From positions 1 through 64,000 of IMG/VR virus record IMGVR_UViG_3300032226_000551: a DNA stretch of 64,000 nt; one strand, given 5' to 3'. Source of the DNA: a virus (Duplodnaviria > Caudoviricetes). The position numbers and the translations under genes were made by a program. Positions 49,414 to 59,419 of the stretch are shown here, in pieces; positions within the stretch are counted from its first letter, which is position 1, and each line of letters begins with the position of its first letter. The notes below the pieces were generated by a model. The model saw only the letters and a program-made list of their open reading frames with translations. It was not told where the DNA came from and searched no databases.

Positions 49414-50964
49414 ATGACAACTAAAATTTTAATTAAATTTCCAACCAGAGAAAGACCTGAAAAATTCTTTCAAGTATTGAACCTATATTATCAAAAATCA
49501 AAAGATATCAATAATATAGAATTTTTAATATCATGTGACTCGGATGATTCTACCATGAATAATCCAGTAGTAATTAAAAAACTGGAAAATGCTAAAAAAC
49601 ACATCAATTTAAATTATTATTTTGGAAATAGTAAAAGTAAAGTTGAGGCTATCAATTCTGATATTGAAAAAATTAAAAATTGGGACATACTATTATTAGC
49701 TTCCGACGACATGATACCAGTTTGTGATGAATATGATCAAATTATAAGAGATGATATGCTCACATATTATAAAAATGGCGATGGAGTTCTTTGGTATAAT
49801 GATGGTAATAGAAATGACCTTATTACGCTGTGTATTTTTGATAAAAAATATTATGAAAAATTTAATTATATATATAATCCGGAATATACTAGCCTGTGGT
49901 GTGATAATGAATTTACCGATGTTTGTTTATTTTTAAAAAAATGTACAAAAATAAATAAAACTATAATAGAACATGCTCATCCCGCTTATCAAAAAGCAAA
50001 TTTTGATAAATTATATGTTAAAAATGAATCTTTTTTTAAAAAAGACGAAGATATTTATAATAAAAGAAAAATTAAAAATTTTGATTTGTGCATAGATATA
50101 TGCACAGTCGCAGATTCAAAATATTTTCTTCAGGGATTAACATTATTTGAATCTATAAAACAAAAATCATCAATATCTTTCAAGTTTCATTTTTTGTGTA
50201 TAAATGAAGAAGATTACTTAAAACATAAAGACAAATATGAAAATATTATATTTTATAATGCTAAAGATTTTTTAGATAAAAGTAAATTATTATATAATCA
50301 TTACATAAATGATTATAGATATTTTTGTTGGTCATTAGCTTCATTTTTTTCATATTTTTTATTGAAATATGAAAATAAAAATAGTGTAATTTATATAGAT
50401 AGTGATATATGTTTTTATAAAGACATTAAAATTTTATATGAAAAAATAAAAAATAAAGATTGTGCTATATTTAGACATAGACAATTTTCTTTAAATGAAA
50501 ATAGAATGGATGGATTGTTTAATGTTGGTGTTGTTTATTTCAACAACACACCAAACGGCGTTAATGTACTCGGTTGGTGGGCAGATGCTGTTTTAAATAA
50601 AAAATACCCGCATTTAGCTACATGCGGGGATCAGAAATATCTGGAAGCATTTCCTCAAATAGTAGGAGAAGATAATATTTTTATTGATGGTGATATAGGT
50701 CACGGAGCACCGTGGATGTGGCAATTATATGATTTATCAAAAATTAATGATGGTTACATAACTTGGAATGGCGAAAAACAAGAATATTATTTTAGTCATT
50801 TTTCTCAATTTAGTTATGATATAGAAAATAATAAATTTAAACATAGTACATTACACGAACCATATACTAATAATAATCAAATTTTTACTAATCCAGTTTT
50901 AGATCAGCATTATAAAGAATATTTTAACATCATTAAACAAACTAAAAATAAATACAATTTATGA
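49414..50964 (+). CDS. Two-domain GT-A glycosyltransferase
   Basis: N: PTRERP, CDSDD, ASDDM, WCDNE; C: YIDSD, FNVG, GDQKYL, APW, HFS. Confidence 0.82.
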   Translation: MTTKILIKFPTRERPEKFFQVLNLYYQKSKDINNIEFLISCDSDDSTMNNPVVIKKLENAKKHINLNYYFGNSKSKVEAINSDIEKIKNWDILLLASDDMIPVCDEYDQIIRDDMLTYYKNGDGVLWYNDGNRNDLITLCIFDKKYYEKFNYIYNPEYTSLWCDNEFTDVCLFLKKCTKINKTIIEHAHPAYQKANFDKLYVKNESFFKKDEDIYNKRKIKNFDLCIDICTVADSKYFLQGLTLFESIKQKSSISFKFHFLCINEEDYLKHKDKYENIIFYNAKDFLDKSKLLYNHYINDYRYFCWSLASFFSYFLLKYENKNSVIYIDSDICFYKDIKILYEKIKNKDCAIFRHRQFSLNENRMDGLFNVGVVYFNNTPNGVNVLGWWADAVLNKKYPHLATCGDQKYLEAFPQIVGEDNIFIDGDIGHGAPWMWQLYDLSKINDGYITWNGEKQEYYFSHFSQFSYDIENNKFKHSTLHEPYTNNNQIFTNPVLDQHYKEYFNIIKQTKNKYNL

Positions 50965-51041
50965 ACACATTTAATAATGAAATTATTGATAATTCAAGCC
51001 CTCGACTATATCAATGCTTTTGTACAAAATAACAAAAAAAT

Positions 51042-51764
51042 ATGAAATTATCATTCAATCAAACTTATAGCAATGATCGCAAGATATTATTAGAAGCAAG
51101 ACTTAGGGATAAAAAGTTTATAGAGTTTCTTTCTTTTTTTGATATTAATATTTTCTCATTCCATAACTGTAATGATAATATTCTTGATTTTTTTAAGAAT
51201 ATTAAAAATAAAATACCTAATGTTAAAATACATATTAATAATAATATTAGTTATACACAATGTATAAGAAGATTGCTACGGATAGTAGAAACTCTTAATG
51301 TAAAACATTTTTTCTTTTATCAGGATGATACATTTAGTTGCGATAATAATATATCATTCGATGGTTTGTTAAATTATGTTTTTAAACAAAATGATATAAT
51401 GTTGACATTATATGAAAGAAAAGAATTTTTTGAAGATGGAACTGTACTACTGGAATCGTTTGATGATTTAGATTTATATTCAAATAATACAGAAAATTTT
51501 GTAAAACATAACAGATGGTCTTTTGATGATTCACCATATATATGTACTACTAACTATTTATCGCAAATATATGATGAGAATTATTTGAATCATTCCGATG
51601 TATGGTCAGCCGAATGTTATAATAATTTTAAATTTAAAACTTCACCTATTAATCGTTATATAACTAATAAATCTTTATTTAAAAATTATAATTTTATAGG
51701 TCGTAATAATTGGAATAAAGATGAAGAAATTAAAACACTTAAAGAAAAAAATATACTACCTTAA
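51042..51764 (+). CDS. Probable GT-A-fold glycosyltransferase
   Basis: FFFYQDD motif, W..E; island context. Confidence 0.55.
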   Translation: MKLSFNQTYSNDRKILLEARLRDKKFIEFLSFFDINIFSFHNCNDNILDFFKNIKNKIPNVKIHINNNISYTQCIRRLLRIVETLNVKHFFFYQDDTFSCDNNISFDGLLNYVFKQNDIMLTLYERKEFFEDGTVLLESFDDLDLYSNNTENFVKHNRWSFDDSPYICTTNYLSQIYDENYLNHSDVWSAECYNNFKFKTSPINRYITNKSLFKNYNFIGRNNWNKDEEIKTLKEKNILP

Positions 51765-51798
51765 TTTTTTTTTAAAAAAATAGTTGCAAATTAAAAAT

Positions 51799-52683
51799 AT
51801 GAAAATAGCATTCGGAATGATTGTTTTTGAAGGTGATTATGTTCTAAAAGAATGTTTAGAACAAGTATATCCTTTTGCTTCACAAATTTTAATAGCAGAA
51901 GGTCCGGTAAATTATTGGCAGAGGCAAGGCAGAACTACTTCTTTAGATCAAACTAATGAAATCTTAGATAATTTCCCAGATCCAGAAAATAAAATTAGAA
52001 TAGTGCATGGTCAATTCAATGAAAAAGATGATCAATGCAAAGCTTACATGCAATATATCAATGATGATATAGATTATATTTGGAATTTAGATTCTGATGA
52101 AATATATAAATCAGAGGATATACAAAAAATTATTAATATATTAAACGAACATCAACCCACTAGTATAGGTGTAAGAAGCTGTTCTTTTTATGGAAGTTTT
52201 GATCATTATTTGACTGGATTTGAACTTAATACAGATAATTTTTTAAGAATTTTTAAATATATCAAAGGTTCTACTTGGCAAACCCACAGACCTCCTACCG
52301 TTCAATACCCTACAGGATCTAATATAGAGAGAAAACATATCAATAGTGATACATTATATAACACATTTGGAATTCAAATGTATCACTATTCTTATGTTTT
52401 TCCTGATCAGGTATACAAAAAAGTTAATTATTATAAAGATAGTGTGAGCAGGGATAATTGCATAGACAATTATTTTAATGAAATTTATTTGCCTTGGGTC
52501 AAAGGTTCTGAACAAGATAAACAAAATATAGAGTCGAAGTTCATTGGTGTACACGAATTTAAACCTCATGTTAGGGGAGAATGTTACACCGCTAAATTTG
52601 AAAATGTTCATCCAGAAGCAATAGAAAAGAATATTTTAAATTTAAAAGAAAAATTTAATTCTCAGCTTAAAAAATATGAATGA
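51799..52683 (+). CDS. GT2-like glycosyltransferase
   Basis: ILIAEG, S.DQT.EIL, WNLDSDEIY, HYSYV. Confidence 0.82.
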   Translation: MKIAFGMIVFEGDYVLKECLEQVYPFASQILIAEGPVNYWQRQGRTTSLDQTNEILDNFPDPENKIRIVHGQFNEKDDQCKAYMQYINDDIDYIWNLDSDEIYKSEDIQKIINILNEHQPTSIGVRSCSFYGSFDHYLTGFELNTDNFLRIFKYIKGSTWQTHRPPTVQYPTGSNIERKHINSDTLYNTFGIQMYHYSYVFPDQVYKKVNYYKDSVSRDNCIDNYFNEIYLPWVKGSEQDKQNIESKFIGVHEFKPHVRGECYTAKFENVHPEAIEKNILNLKEKFNSQLKKYE

Positions 52684-53602
52684 TAAACCTTTAGATTTTT
52701 TTGTTGTGGATTTTGAGTCTATATTAAAAGACGTAAAAATAGAATGTGTTGATAGTCATATCAAAGAATATCTAGAAGGTGGTAGACAAGATATTTTAGA
52801 AAATATTGATTTGTTTTGTGAGAATGTAAGATCTGTAGACAAACCCTTTAAACAATTTGAATTATTTAACAAAATTGATTCAATCAATTCGGATACTATT
52901 ATTGTAATAAGTTTATATTTAGAATTACTACAATACTGGGGTAGACATAATAAAATAAAAGAATTATGTGGATATTATTGCAACAAATATCCAAACAATA
53001 AAATAGTAGTCCATTGGAATCATGATACAGATGCAAAACAAATTTTTAATTTTATAGATGATTATAAAAATTTATATGTATTAAATTTTAATACTAGTTT
53101 GAACCACGAAAGATTTATTATTTTACCTTTTTGGTGTATAAATGATTCTTTTGTAGAAGCTTCTAAAACAAAATTTGCTAACTTGATTTGTTCTCTAAAT
53201 AACGAGTTAAGGTATGAATTATATAATACATTAAATGGTGATCCAAATTTTTATGTTTCACAAAGAGTAGAATATTCAGAATACGAGAATGTATTAAGTT
53301 CTTCTGTTTTTACATTTTGTCCAAAAGGAGTTGGATTATCATCTTATAGATTTTTTGAATGTTTTCATTTGAATACAATACCGATTCTAATTGCAGACGA
53401 TGTTATATTACCTTTTGAAAAGGATTTAGATTATAAAAATTTTATTGTTAAGATACCAGAAAACAAAATTTTAGATTTAAATTATATAAAAAATATATTA
53501 TCTCAAATAAATCAAAATGAATTTTTAGATAAAATAAAAGAAGTAAAAGAATTTTTTACTTTAAAAGGAGCACAAAAAGAAATTTATAAAAAATTAAAAT
53601 GA
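52676..53602 (+). CDS. Exostosin-family (GT47) glycosyltransferase
   Basis: SVFTFCPKGVGLSSYRFFE...IPILIADDVILPF. Confidence 0.85.
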   Translation: MNDKPLDFFVVDFESILKDVKIECVDSHIKEYLEGGRQDILENIDLFCENVRSVDKPFKQFELFNKIDSINSDTIIVISLYLELLQYWGRHNKIKELCGYYCNKYPNNKIVVHWNHDTDAKQIFNFIDDYKNLYVLNFNTSLNHERFIILPFWCINDSFVEASKTKFANLICSLNNELRYELYNTLNGDPNFYVSQRVEYSEYENVLSSSVFTFCPKGVGLSSYRFFECFHLNTIPILIADDVILPFEKDLDYKNFIVKIPENKILDLNYIKNILSQINQNEFLDKIKEVKEFFTLKGAQKEIYKKLK

Positions 53603-54411
53603 TACCTGTAATTTTTATTCACACTGGTTTGCAAGAGTATTTGTTTTATACGTTAAAACAAGCAACTAAATTTAATGACAATGTATATTTAATTGGTGAT
53701 ATTAATCCTAATTTAAATGCAATTAATTTTTTTAATATGCAAGAATATAATCAAGAATTTGATTTTTTTGAAAAGAATTACATTCATTTAACAACTACTC
53801 CATTTAATTATGAATTATTTTGTTATAAAAGATGGTTTGTTTTAAAGAATTTTATGGAGTCTAAAAAAATAGATGTAGTTTTTTATTGTGATTCTGATGT
53901 ATTGTTATTTTCTAACATAGAAAAAGAATGGATCAATTTTAATCAATATGATTTGACTTTATTACACCGGACAGCACCAGTTTCTTCTTTTATAACTTAT
54001 AGAGGGATTACAAATTTTTGTAATATGTTACAAGAAATATATAATAATAAAAATTCTTATCATTACAAAAAGATAGCTTCTCATTATGATGTAAGAAAAG
54101 AATTTAATCTACCAGGTGGAGTTTGTGATATGACCTTATTTGAATACTTTCATTACAATCATGACTTGGGAGGTGGTCCCGGAAGAGTGGGTGAAATGAT
54201 GGGTATTATCAATGACTCTACCTATGATCATAATATAAACACTTCAGATCAAGATTTTTCAATGAAAAATGGATTAAAAAATGTAAAAATAAAAGATGGC
54301 ATTCCTTACGTATATAATGAAAAATTAAAAAAAGACATAAAATTTAATTCTTTACATTTTCAAGGTGGTTCTAAATATTTTATAAAAATGGCTTATGAAA
54401 AATGTAATTGA
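53599..54411 (+). CDS. GT-A glycosyltransferase-like protein
   Basis: ELFCYKRWF, YCDSDVL, CDMTL, LHFQG. Confidence 0.7.
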   Translation: MIPVIFIHTGLQEYLFYTLKQATKFNDNVYLIGDINPNLNAINFFNMQEYNQEFDFFEKNYIHLTTTPFNYELFCYKRWFVLKNFMESKKIDVVFYCDSDVLLFSNIEKEWINFNQYDLTLLHRTAPVSSFITYRGITNFCNMLQEIYNNKNSYHYKKIASHYDVRKEFNLPGGVCDMTLFEYFHYNHDLGGGPGRVGEMMGIINDSTYDHNINTSDQDFSMKNGLKNVKIKDGIPYVYNEKLKKDIKFNSLHFQGGSKYFIKMAYEKCN

Positions 54412-54997
54412 CTCTTGGAAAAATAAAGAGGTTTTTTTAAAACAGCTAAATTTCAATTTAAATGAAATATTATGCACAGACAATTATCCTGAGCATTGGA
54501 AATCATTTATAGTCTTATTAGATAATTTTAAAAATAAAAAAATATTAGATATTGGATGTGGTTGTGGAACATATTATCAAATATGCAAGAAGCACTTTCC
54601 TCATATAGAATATACCGGAATAGATTATGCCGAAGAAGCAATTTCCTTAGCAAAATCTGTATGGAATTATGACAATTTTTATGTTAAGAATTATACAGAC
54701 TTAACTCCAGATTATGTTAGATCTTTCGATTTAATACATTTAGGAGCAGTATTAGACGTATTACCCAACGGTGATGAAGCTCTTGAATTTATACTAAACC
54801 TTTCAGCTAATAACATTCTCATAGGAAGAATGAAATTAACTGATAAAGAAAGTTATTATGAAATATATCAAGCATATGGTGAAATAGAAACATGCGCTTA
54901 TTACCACAATAAACAAAAATTTATTGATATAGCAAAACAATATAACTATTGTATATATAATATAGAAGATAATTTTTACTTAAAAAAACATGAATGA
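54395..54997 (+). CDS. Class I SAM-dependent methyltransferase
   Basis: ILDIGCGCG, YTGIDYA. Confidence 0.9.
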   Translation: MKNVIDSWKNKEVFLKQLNFNLNEILCTDNYPEHWKSFIVLLDNFKNKKILDIGCGCGTYYQICKKHFPHIEYTGIDYAEEAISLAKSVWNYDNFYVKNYTDLTPDYVRSFDLIHLGAVLDVLPNGDEALEFILNLSANNILIGRMKLTDKESYYEIYQAYGEIETCAYYHNKQKFIDIAKQYNYCIYNIEDNFYLKKHE

Positions 54998-55757
54998 TAA
55001 CATAAGCAATATATTTCCTCAGAAATGGGAAAGGGATGATTTAATTTCTTATTTGGATGAATTTTATGAGTTATATAATTCAAGACCTATAAAAGATAAT
55101 AATGGAGGAATGAAGTCGCCTCATATGTTTTCTGCTTGGTATATAATTAAGAAGCTAAAACCAAAATATTTAATAGAAAGTGGAGTTTGGAAAGGCTTAG
55201 GAACTTGGTTTTTTGAAAAGGCTAGTCCAGAAACTAAAATAATATCGATAGACCCATATCCTCATTATAGAGAATATACCAGTCCTAATGTAATTTATCG
55301 TACAGAAGATTTTTTGATAACTAATTGGAGTAAATTTCCTAAAGAAGACACTTTAATATTTTTTGATGATCATCAAAATTTTTTAGAAAGATTAAAAAAA
55401 GCTCAAGAATGGGGATTTAAAAAGATAATGACAGAAGACAATTATCCATATCAACAAGGTGATTGTTACACTCCAAAAAAAATATTATCTAAAAAGGATT
55501 ATGTGATAGATAATGCTGGTCAAAAACAATGGTTTAATCATAACTTAGAGGATTATAATTATTTTATTAATAATATTAGTATATACCAAGAAATGTATCC
55601 TATATTCAAATCAAATATCACAAGATGGGGAGATTCATGGAATGATGAATATCCTACGCCAAAAGCTTTGTTGGATGAATCTTTTAAAGAAAAATATCCA
55701 GTATATTATAAAGAAAAATTAGATTATACATGGATTTGTTATTTAGAATTGAAATAA
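54990..55757 (+). CDS. Methyltransferase-like protein
   Basis: LIESGVWKGLGT, ISIDP, FFDDHQ, EDNY. Confidence 0.65.
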   Translation: MNDNISNIFPQKWERDDLISYLDEFYELYNSRPIKDNNGGMKSPHMFSAWYIIKKLKPKYLIESGVWKGLGTWFFEKASPETKIISIDPYPHYREYTSPNVIYRTEDFLITNWSKFPKEDTLIFFDDHQNFLERLKKAQEWGFKKIMTEDNYPYQQGDCYTPKKILSKKDYVIDNAGQKQWFNHNLEDYNYFINNISIYQEMYPIFKSNITRWGDSWNDEYPTPKALLDESFKEKYPVYYKEKLDYTWICYLELK

Positions 55758-55790
55758 TTAAAAAAGGATAATTTAAACATATTATTATAG

Positions 55791-55818
55791 TTGAAATTCC
55801 ATAAGTTTCGACTATAAT
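55791..55818 (+). promoter_or_regulatory. Early promoter TTGAAA-16-TATAAT inside a 15-bp hairpin
   Basis: Intergenic; -10 ends 8 nt before ATG 55827. Confidence 0.75.
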
Positions 55819-55826
55819 ATATCTAT

Positions 55827-56306
55827 ATGTTTGTAAGCAATGATGAAGAAACTTTCTTTTTCTCTTTTTTAAAAGATGATCTAACAGTTTTAGAATATGG
55901 TTCTGGAAAGTCAACCACTCAAATAAGCCAAAAAGTTAAACACTTGGTTTCTGTTGAACATCAGAAACAGTGGTTTGAAGAAGTTATTAAAGCAATACCT
56001 AAAAATTGTTCTTTAATGTTAAAAGAACCTTCAGAATTGTATATAGAAGGAGGTCAGGATGGATCTTATTCTCAGTTTAAAGATTACATAGAAGCACCCA
56101 TAGAACAAGGCCCTTATGATATTATCTTTATAGATGGAAGAGCGCGAGTAGGTTGCGCCTCTGTCTGCCATCTAATGTCTCATGAAAATACACACATTTT
56201 TATTCACGATTTTCATAGGCCAGAATATCAAGAAGCTTTAAAATATCTTGAATTAAAACAAAGAGTAGGTGAAATGGCTCTTTTTAAAATTAAAAAAAAT
56301 GATTAA
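55827..56306 (+). CDS. SAM-dependent methyltransferase
   Basis: VLEYGSGKST, SVEH, IFIDGRAR, IHD. Confidence 0.85.
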   Translation: MFVSNDEETFFFSFLKDDLTVLEYGSGKSTTQISQKVKHLVSVEHQKQWFEEVIKAIPKNCSLMLKEPSELYIEGGQDGSYSQFKDYIEAPIEQGPYDIIFIDGRARVGCASVCHLMSHENTHIFIHDFHRPEYQEALKYLELKQRVGEMALFKIKKND

Positions 56307-57225
56307 TTTATTTAATTTAAATAAACATATTTTAGATACCTCAAATTATCAAAATCTTTTACATGATAAGATTGTTACTGATTTTGAAAATGTTATTAAA
56401 AAATACGTAGGAGCTAAACATGCAGTATCTTTTAATAGTGCCACTAATGCTATATTTTTAGCACTTTTAAATAAAAACGTAACAGTCGAAGTACCTAGTA
56501 TGATACCATCCGTGGTACTAAATGCTATTATTACTTCTAATAATCAATATAAATTTACAGATGACACAGAATGGATAGGTAATTCTTATATACTACATAA
56601 ATTTAAAAATTATAAGATAGTAGATTCCGCTCAAAAATTAGAAAAAGATCAATTTAAAAAAGAATGTGATCCTAATGATTTATTAATTTTTAGTTTTTAT
56701 CCTACAAAACCAGTAGGAGGTTGTGATGGAGGAATGATAGTTTCCGATGATGAAGAGAAAATCAATTATTTAAGAGAGATGGCATTCAATGGAATGTCTT
56801 ATGCTAATAATAACTGGGAAAGAGTAGTAAAATATACGGGATATAAAATGTATATGAATAGTATACAAGCAGACATAGCTCTAAGAAATTTTAAATTGTA
56901 TAATAATAAACTTAAAAAATTAAAAAAAATAAGAAATTTATACAACAAAAAATTGGGATATACTAATTCCAGTAATCATTTATATAGAATAGATGTAGAT
57001 GATAGAAATGGATTTATTAAATATATGAAAGATAATGGTGTATTATGTGGTATTCATTACGAAGCAGCACATTTGAATCCGGTTTATGCTCTTTCTGAAT
57101 CAAAATGTCCAATTTCAGAAATTAAATCCACAAAAACCGTATCAATACCTTTCCATGAAAATTTGACAGAACAAGATATATATTGTATATTAGAACTAAT
57201 ATGTCAATGGAACCATATAAATTAA
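56299..57225 (+). CDS. DegT/DnrJ/FdtB-type PLP sugar aminotransferase (compact)
   Basis: NSATNA, DSAQ, SFYPTK...GG, GYKMYM, GIHY, SIPFH. Confidence 0.9.
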   Translation: MINLFNLNKHILDTSNYQNLLHDKIVTDFENVIKKYVGAKHAVSFNSATNAIFLALLNKNVTVEVPSMIPSVVLNAIITSNNQYKFTDDTEWIGNSYILHKFKNYKIVDSAQKLEKDQFKKECDPNDLLIFSFYPTKPVGGCDGGMIVSDDEEKINYLREMAFNGMSYANNNWERVVKYTGYKMYMNSIQADIALRNFKLYNNKLKKLKKIRNLYNKKLGYTNSSNHLYRIDVDDRNGFIKYMKDNGVLCGIHYEAAHLNPVYALSESKCPISEIKSTKTVSIPFHENLTEQDIYCILELICQWNHIN

Positions 57226-57602
57226 AATCTTTCGATGATGAAAGAGGTTCTTTATTGCCTCTAGAATTTAGCTCTATTCCTTTTGAAGTTAAAAGGATAT
57301 TTGTAGTTAATAACGTACCTATTAATGTTTTAAGAGGTAATCATTCACATTATAAAACCAAACAATTAATTGTTTGTACTAAGGGTAAGGTTAATGTTAT
57401 ACTTCATGATGGAAAAAAAGAAAAAATATACAATCTTAATAAATTTCAAAATATATTAGTACCTGAACTGATTTGGGATTCTCAAATCTTCTTAACCGAA
57501 GATACAGAACTTTTAGTTTTATGCTCTACCCCATATGATAAAAACGATTATATATTCGATTTTGACTTTTTTTTAAAAATTAAAAACAATGAAAAAAATT
57601 AA
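57201..57602 (+). CDS. fdtA: NDP-sugar 3,4-ketoisomerase (FdtA/QdtA cupin)
   Basis: DERGSL, PFEVKRIF, RGNHSH, LLVLCSTPYDKNDYI. Confidence 0.9.
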   Translation: MSMEPYKLKSFDDERGSLLPLEFSSIPFEVKRIFVVNNVPINVLRGNHSHYKTKQLIVCTKGKVNVILHDGKKEKIYNLNKFQNILVPELIWDSQIFLTEDTELLVLCSTPYDKNDYIFDFDFFLKIKNNEKN

Positions 57603-59388
57603 TTTTAAAAATATTTGTATTAAAAACTTTTTATCAGTAGGTGATAAAAAAATAGATATAGATTTTCAAACTGGCATAAATCTACTAACAGGTATTAATA
57701 AAGATAATAATACAAGAAATGGTGTTGGTAAATCATCCATAATAGAATCTGTATATTGGTGTTTGTTTGGTAGTACTATAAGAGATATAAAAAACGATAA
57801 AATAATTCACAACCAACAAAAAAAAGGATGTGATGTAACATTAAGTTTTGATGTTATTGGTGTAGACTCTGATAAAAACTCATATCAGCTAATAAGAAGC
57901 TTGGGACCGAGTAAAATTCAGTTATTAAAGGATAATGTAGACATAACCTTATCAACGATTCCAGCAAATGATGAATTCATACAAAATTTAATAGGTGCTA
58001 CACCAGAAGTATTCAATAATGCTGTCATCATGACAGCTAACAATACACTTCCCTTCATGGCACAGAAGAAGATAGAGAAAAGAAAATTCATAGAAGGCAT
58101 CTTGAACTTAAATATCTTCACGGAAATGCTTTTAAAGGCAAGATCTGATTTCAATGACACCAAAAAACAAAATGATATTCTTTCTAATAATTTTTTAAAC
58201 CAACAAAAGAATCTAGACATTTTTGAAAGCCAAATTGTAAAAAATAAACAAAAAAAGAAAGATAAGATTGATAGTATCAATGTTACAATTCAAAAAATTA
58301 AAGATGATATAGCATCAACCGAAAAAATAAATGTATCTTTGGATGACATATTAGTAAAAATTAAAGAAAATGATACAAAACTTATTAAATTAGAAACCGG
58401 ATTGACTAAACTAGATGAAGACATCTTAGAATATTCCAAAAAACAAATAGAATATAAAACATATATTCAAAATGAAAAAAATAAGTTAAAAGAATTTGAT
58501 AAAAAGAAAGATTTCTGTCCAACCTGTAATAGAAAATTCGAAAATTTAATAGAAGATAATCACAAATGTTTAAAAGAAGATTGTTTATTGATTATAGAAA
58601 AAAATGAAATGCTTTTAACTGATATCAACGACAAAATTAATGTCAAAAACACAAAAAAACAAGAAATAAAACAATTTATTTTTGGCATAAAAGACAAAAA
58701 TAAAAAATTACAAGAAGAAAAAAATTCCGTAGAGTTAAAAAACCAAAAGATAAACAATTTTAAGGATAAAATAAAAGAATACGAGAGTCAGATAGAAGAA
58801 TTAATAAACGAAAAGGATGCAACTGACGAACAAATAGAAGTAATTAAAAAAGAAATTTGTAAGATAGAAAAAGATTTAGAAAATGTTAAAAAGGAACTGT
58901 CCATTTTAGAAGAAATAAAATTTGTTTTATCAGAAGAAGGCGTGAAAACACATATTATTAAAAAGTTATTAACCTTATTCAATCAAAAAATCAATTTTTA
59001 TTTAAAATCTATGGATGCACCATGCACATGTGAATTTGATGAGATGTTTGAAGAGAAAATTATTAATGTATATGGTAACGAATGCTCTTATTTCAATTTT
59101 AGTGGCGGGGAAAGAAAGAGAATAGACATTTCTGTACTATTTGCATTCCAAGATATTTTAAGATTGTATTCAGGTACATCTTTTTCATTGAGTATTTACG
59201 ATGAATTGTTTGATTCGGCTATAGATGAATCCGGAATAGAGAAAATAATGAATATTTTGAAAAAAAGAGTGGAAGATTATAATGAGTGTATATACATAGT
59301 TTCTCATAATAAGAGTTCTATTAAAAGTAATTTTGATAATATACTGGAAATAGAGAAATATAAGGGAGAAACAAGTTTAAAAACTTGA
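57589..59388 (+). CDS. gp46: Recombination ATPase (T4 gp46/Rad50/SbcC)
   Basis: KNFLSVG, NGVGKS, CPTC hook, FSGGE, DELFD, SH. Confidence 0.95.
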   Translation: MKKINFKNICIKNFLSVGDKKIDIDFQTGINLLTGINKDNNTRNGVGKSSIIESVYWCLFGSTIRDIKNDKIIHNQQKKGCDVTLSFDVIGVDSDKNSYQLIRSLGPSKIQLLKDNVDITLSTIPANDEFIQNLIGATPEVFNNAVIMTANNTLPFMAQKKIEKRKFIEGILNLNIFTEMLLKARSDFNDTKKQNDILSNNFLNQQKNLDIFESQIVKNKQKKKDKIDSINVTIQKIKDDIASTEKINVSLDDILVKIKENDTKLIKLETGLTKLDEDILEYSKKQIEYKTYIQNEKNKLKEFDKKKDFCPTCNRKFENLIEDNHKCLKEDCLLIIEKNEMLLTDINDKINVKNTKKQEIKQFIFGIKDKNKKLQEEKNSVELKNQKINNFKDKIKEYESQIEELINEKDATDEQIEVIKKEICKIEKDLENVKKELSILEEIKFVLSEEGVKTHIIKKLLTLFNQKINFYLKSMDAPCTCEFDEMFEEKIINVYGNECSYFNFSGGERKRIDISVLFAFQDILRLYSGTSFSLSIYDELFDSAIDESGIEKIMNILKKRVEDYNECIYIVSHNKSSIKSNFDNILEIEKYKGETSLKT

Positions 59389-59412
59389 TATTTTACTAAT
59401 TTATAATAAAAT
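59385..59412 (+). promoter_or_regulatory. Early promoter TTGATA-16-TAAAAT
   Basis: -10 ends 7 nt before ATG 59420. Confidence 0.6.
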
Positions 59413-59419
59413 ATAGTAT

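Noticed and set aside
51762-51781. T-run/A-run palindrome as terminator or phase-variable tract
   Set aside because: No GC stem, intergenic, expected by chance at this AT content
42635-55757. Giant eukaryotic virus origin suggested by the HNH type and GT7/GT47
   Set aside because: T4-type head, neck, baseplate, gp55 and bacterial promoters identify a tailed phage
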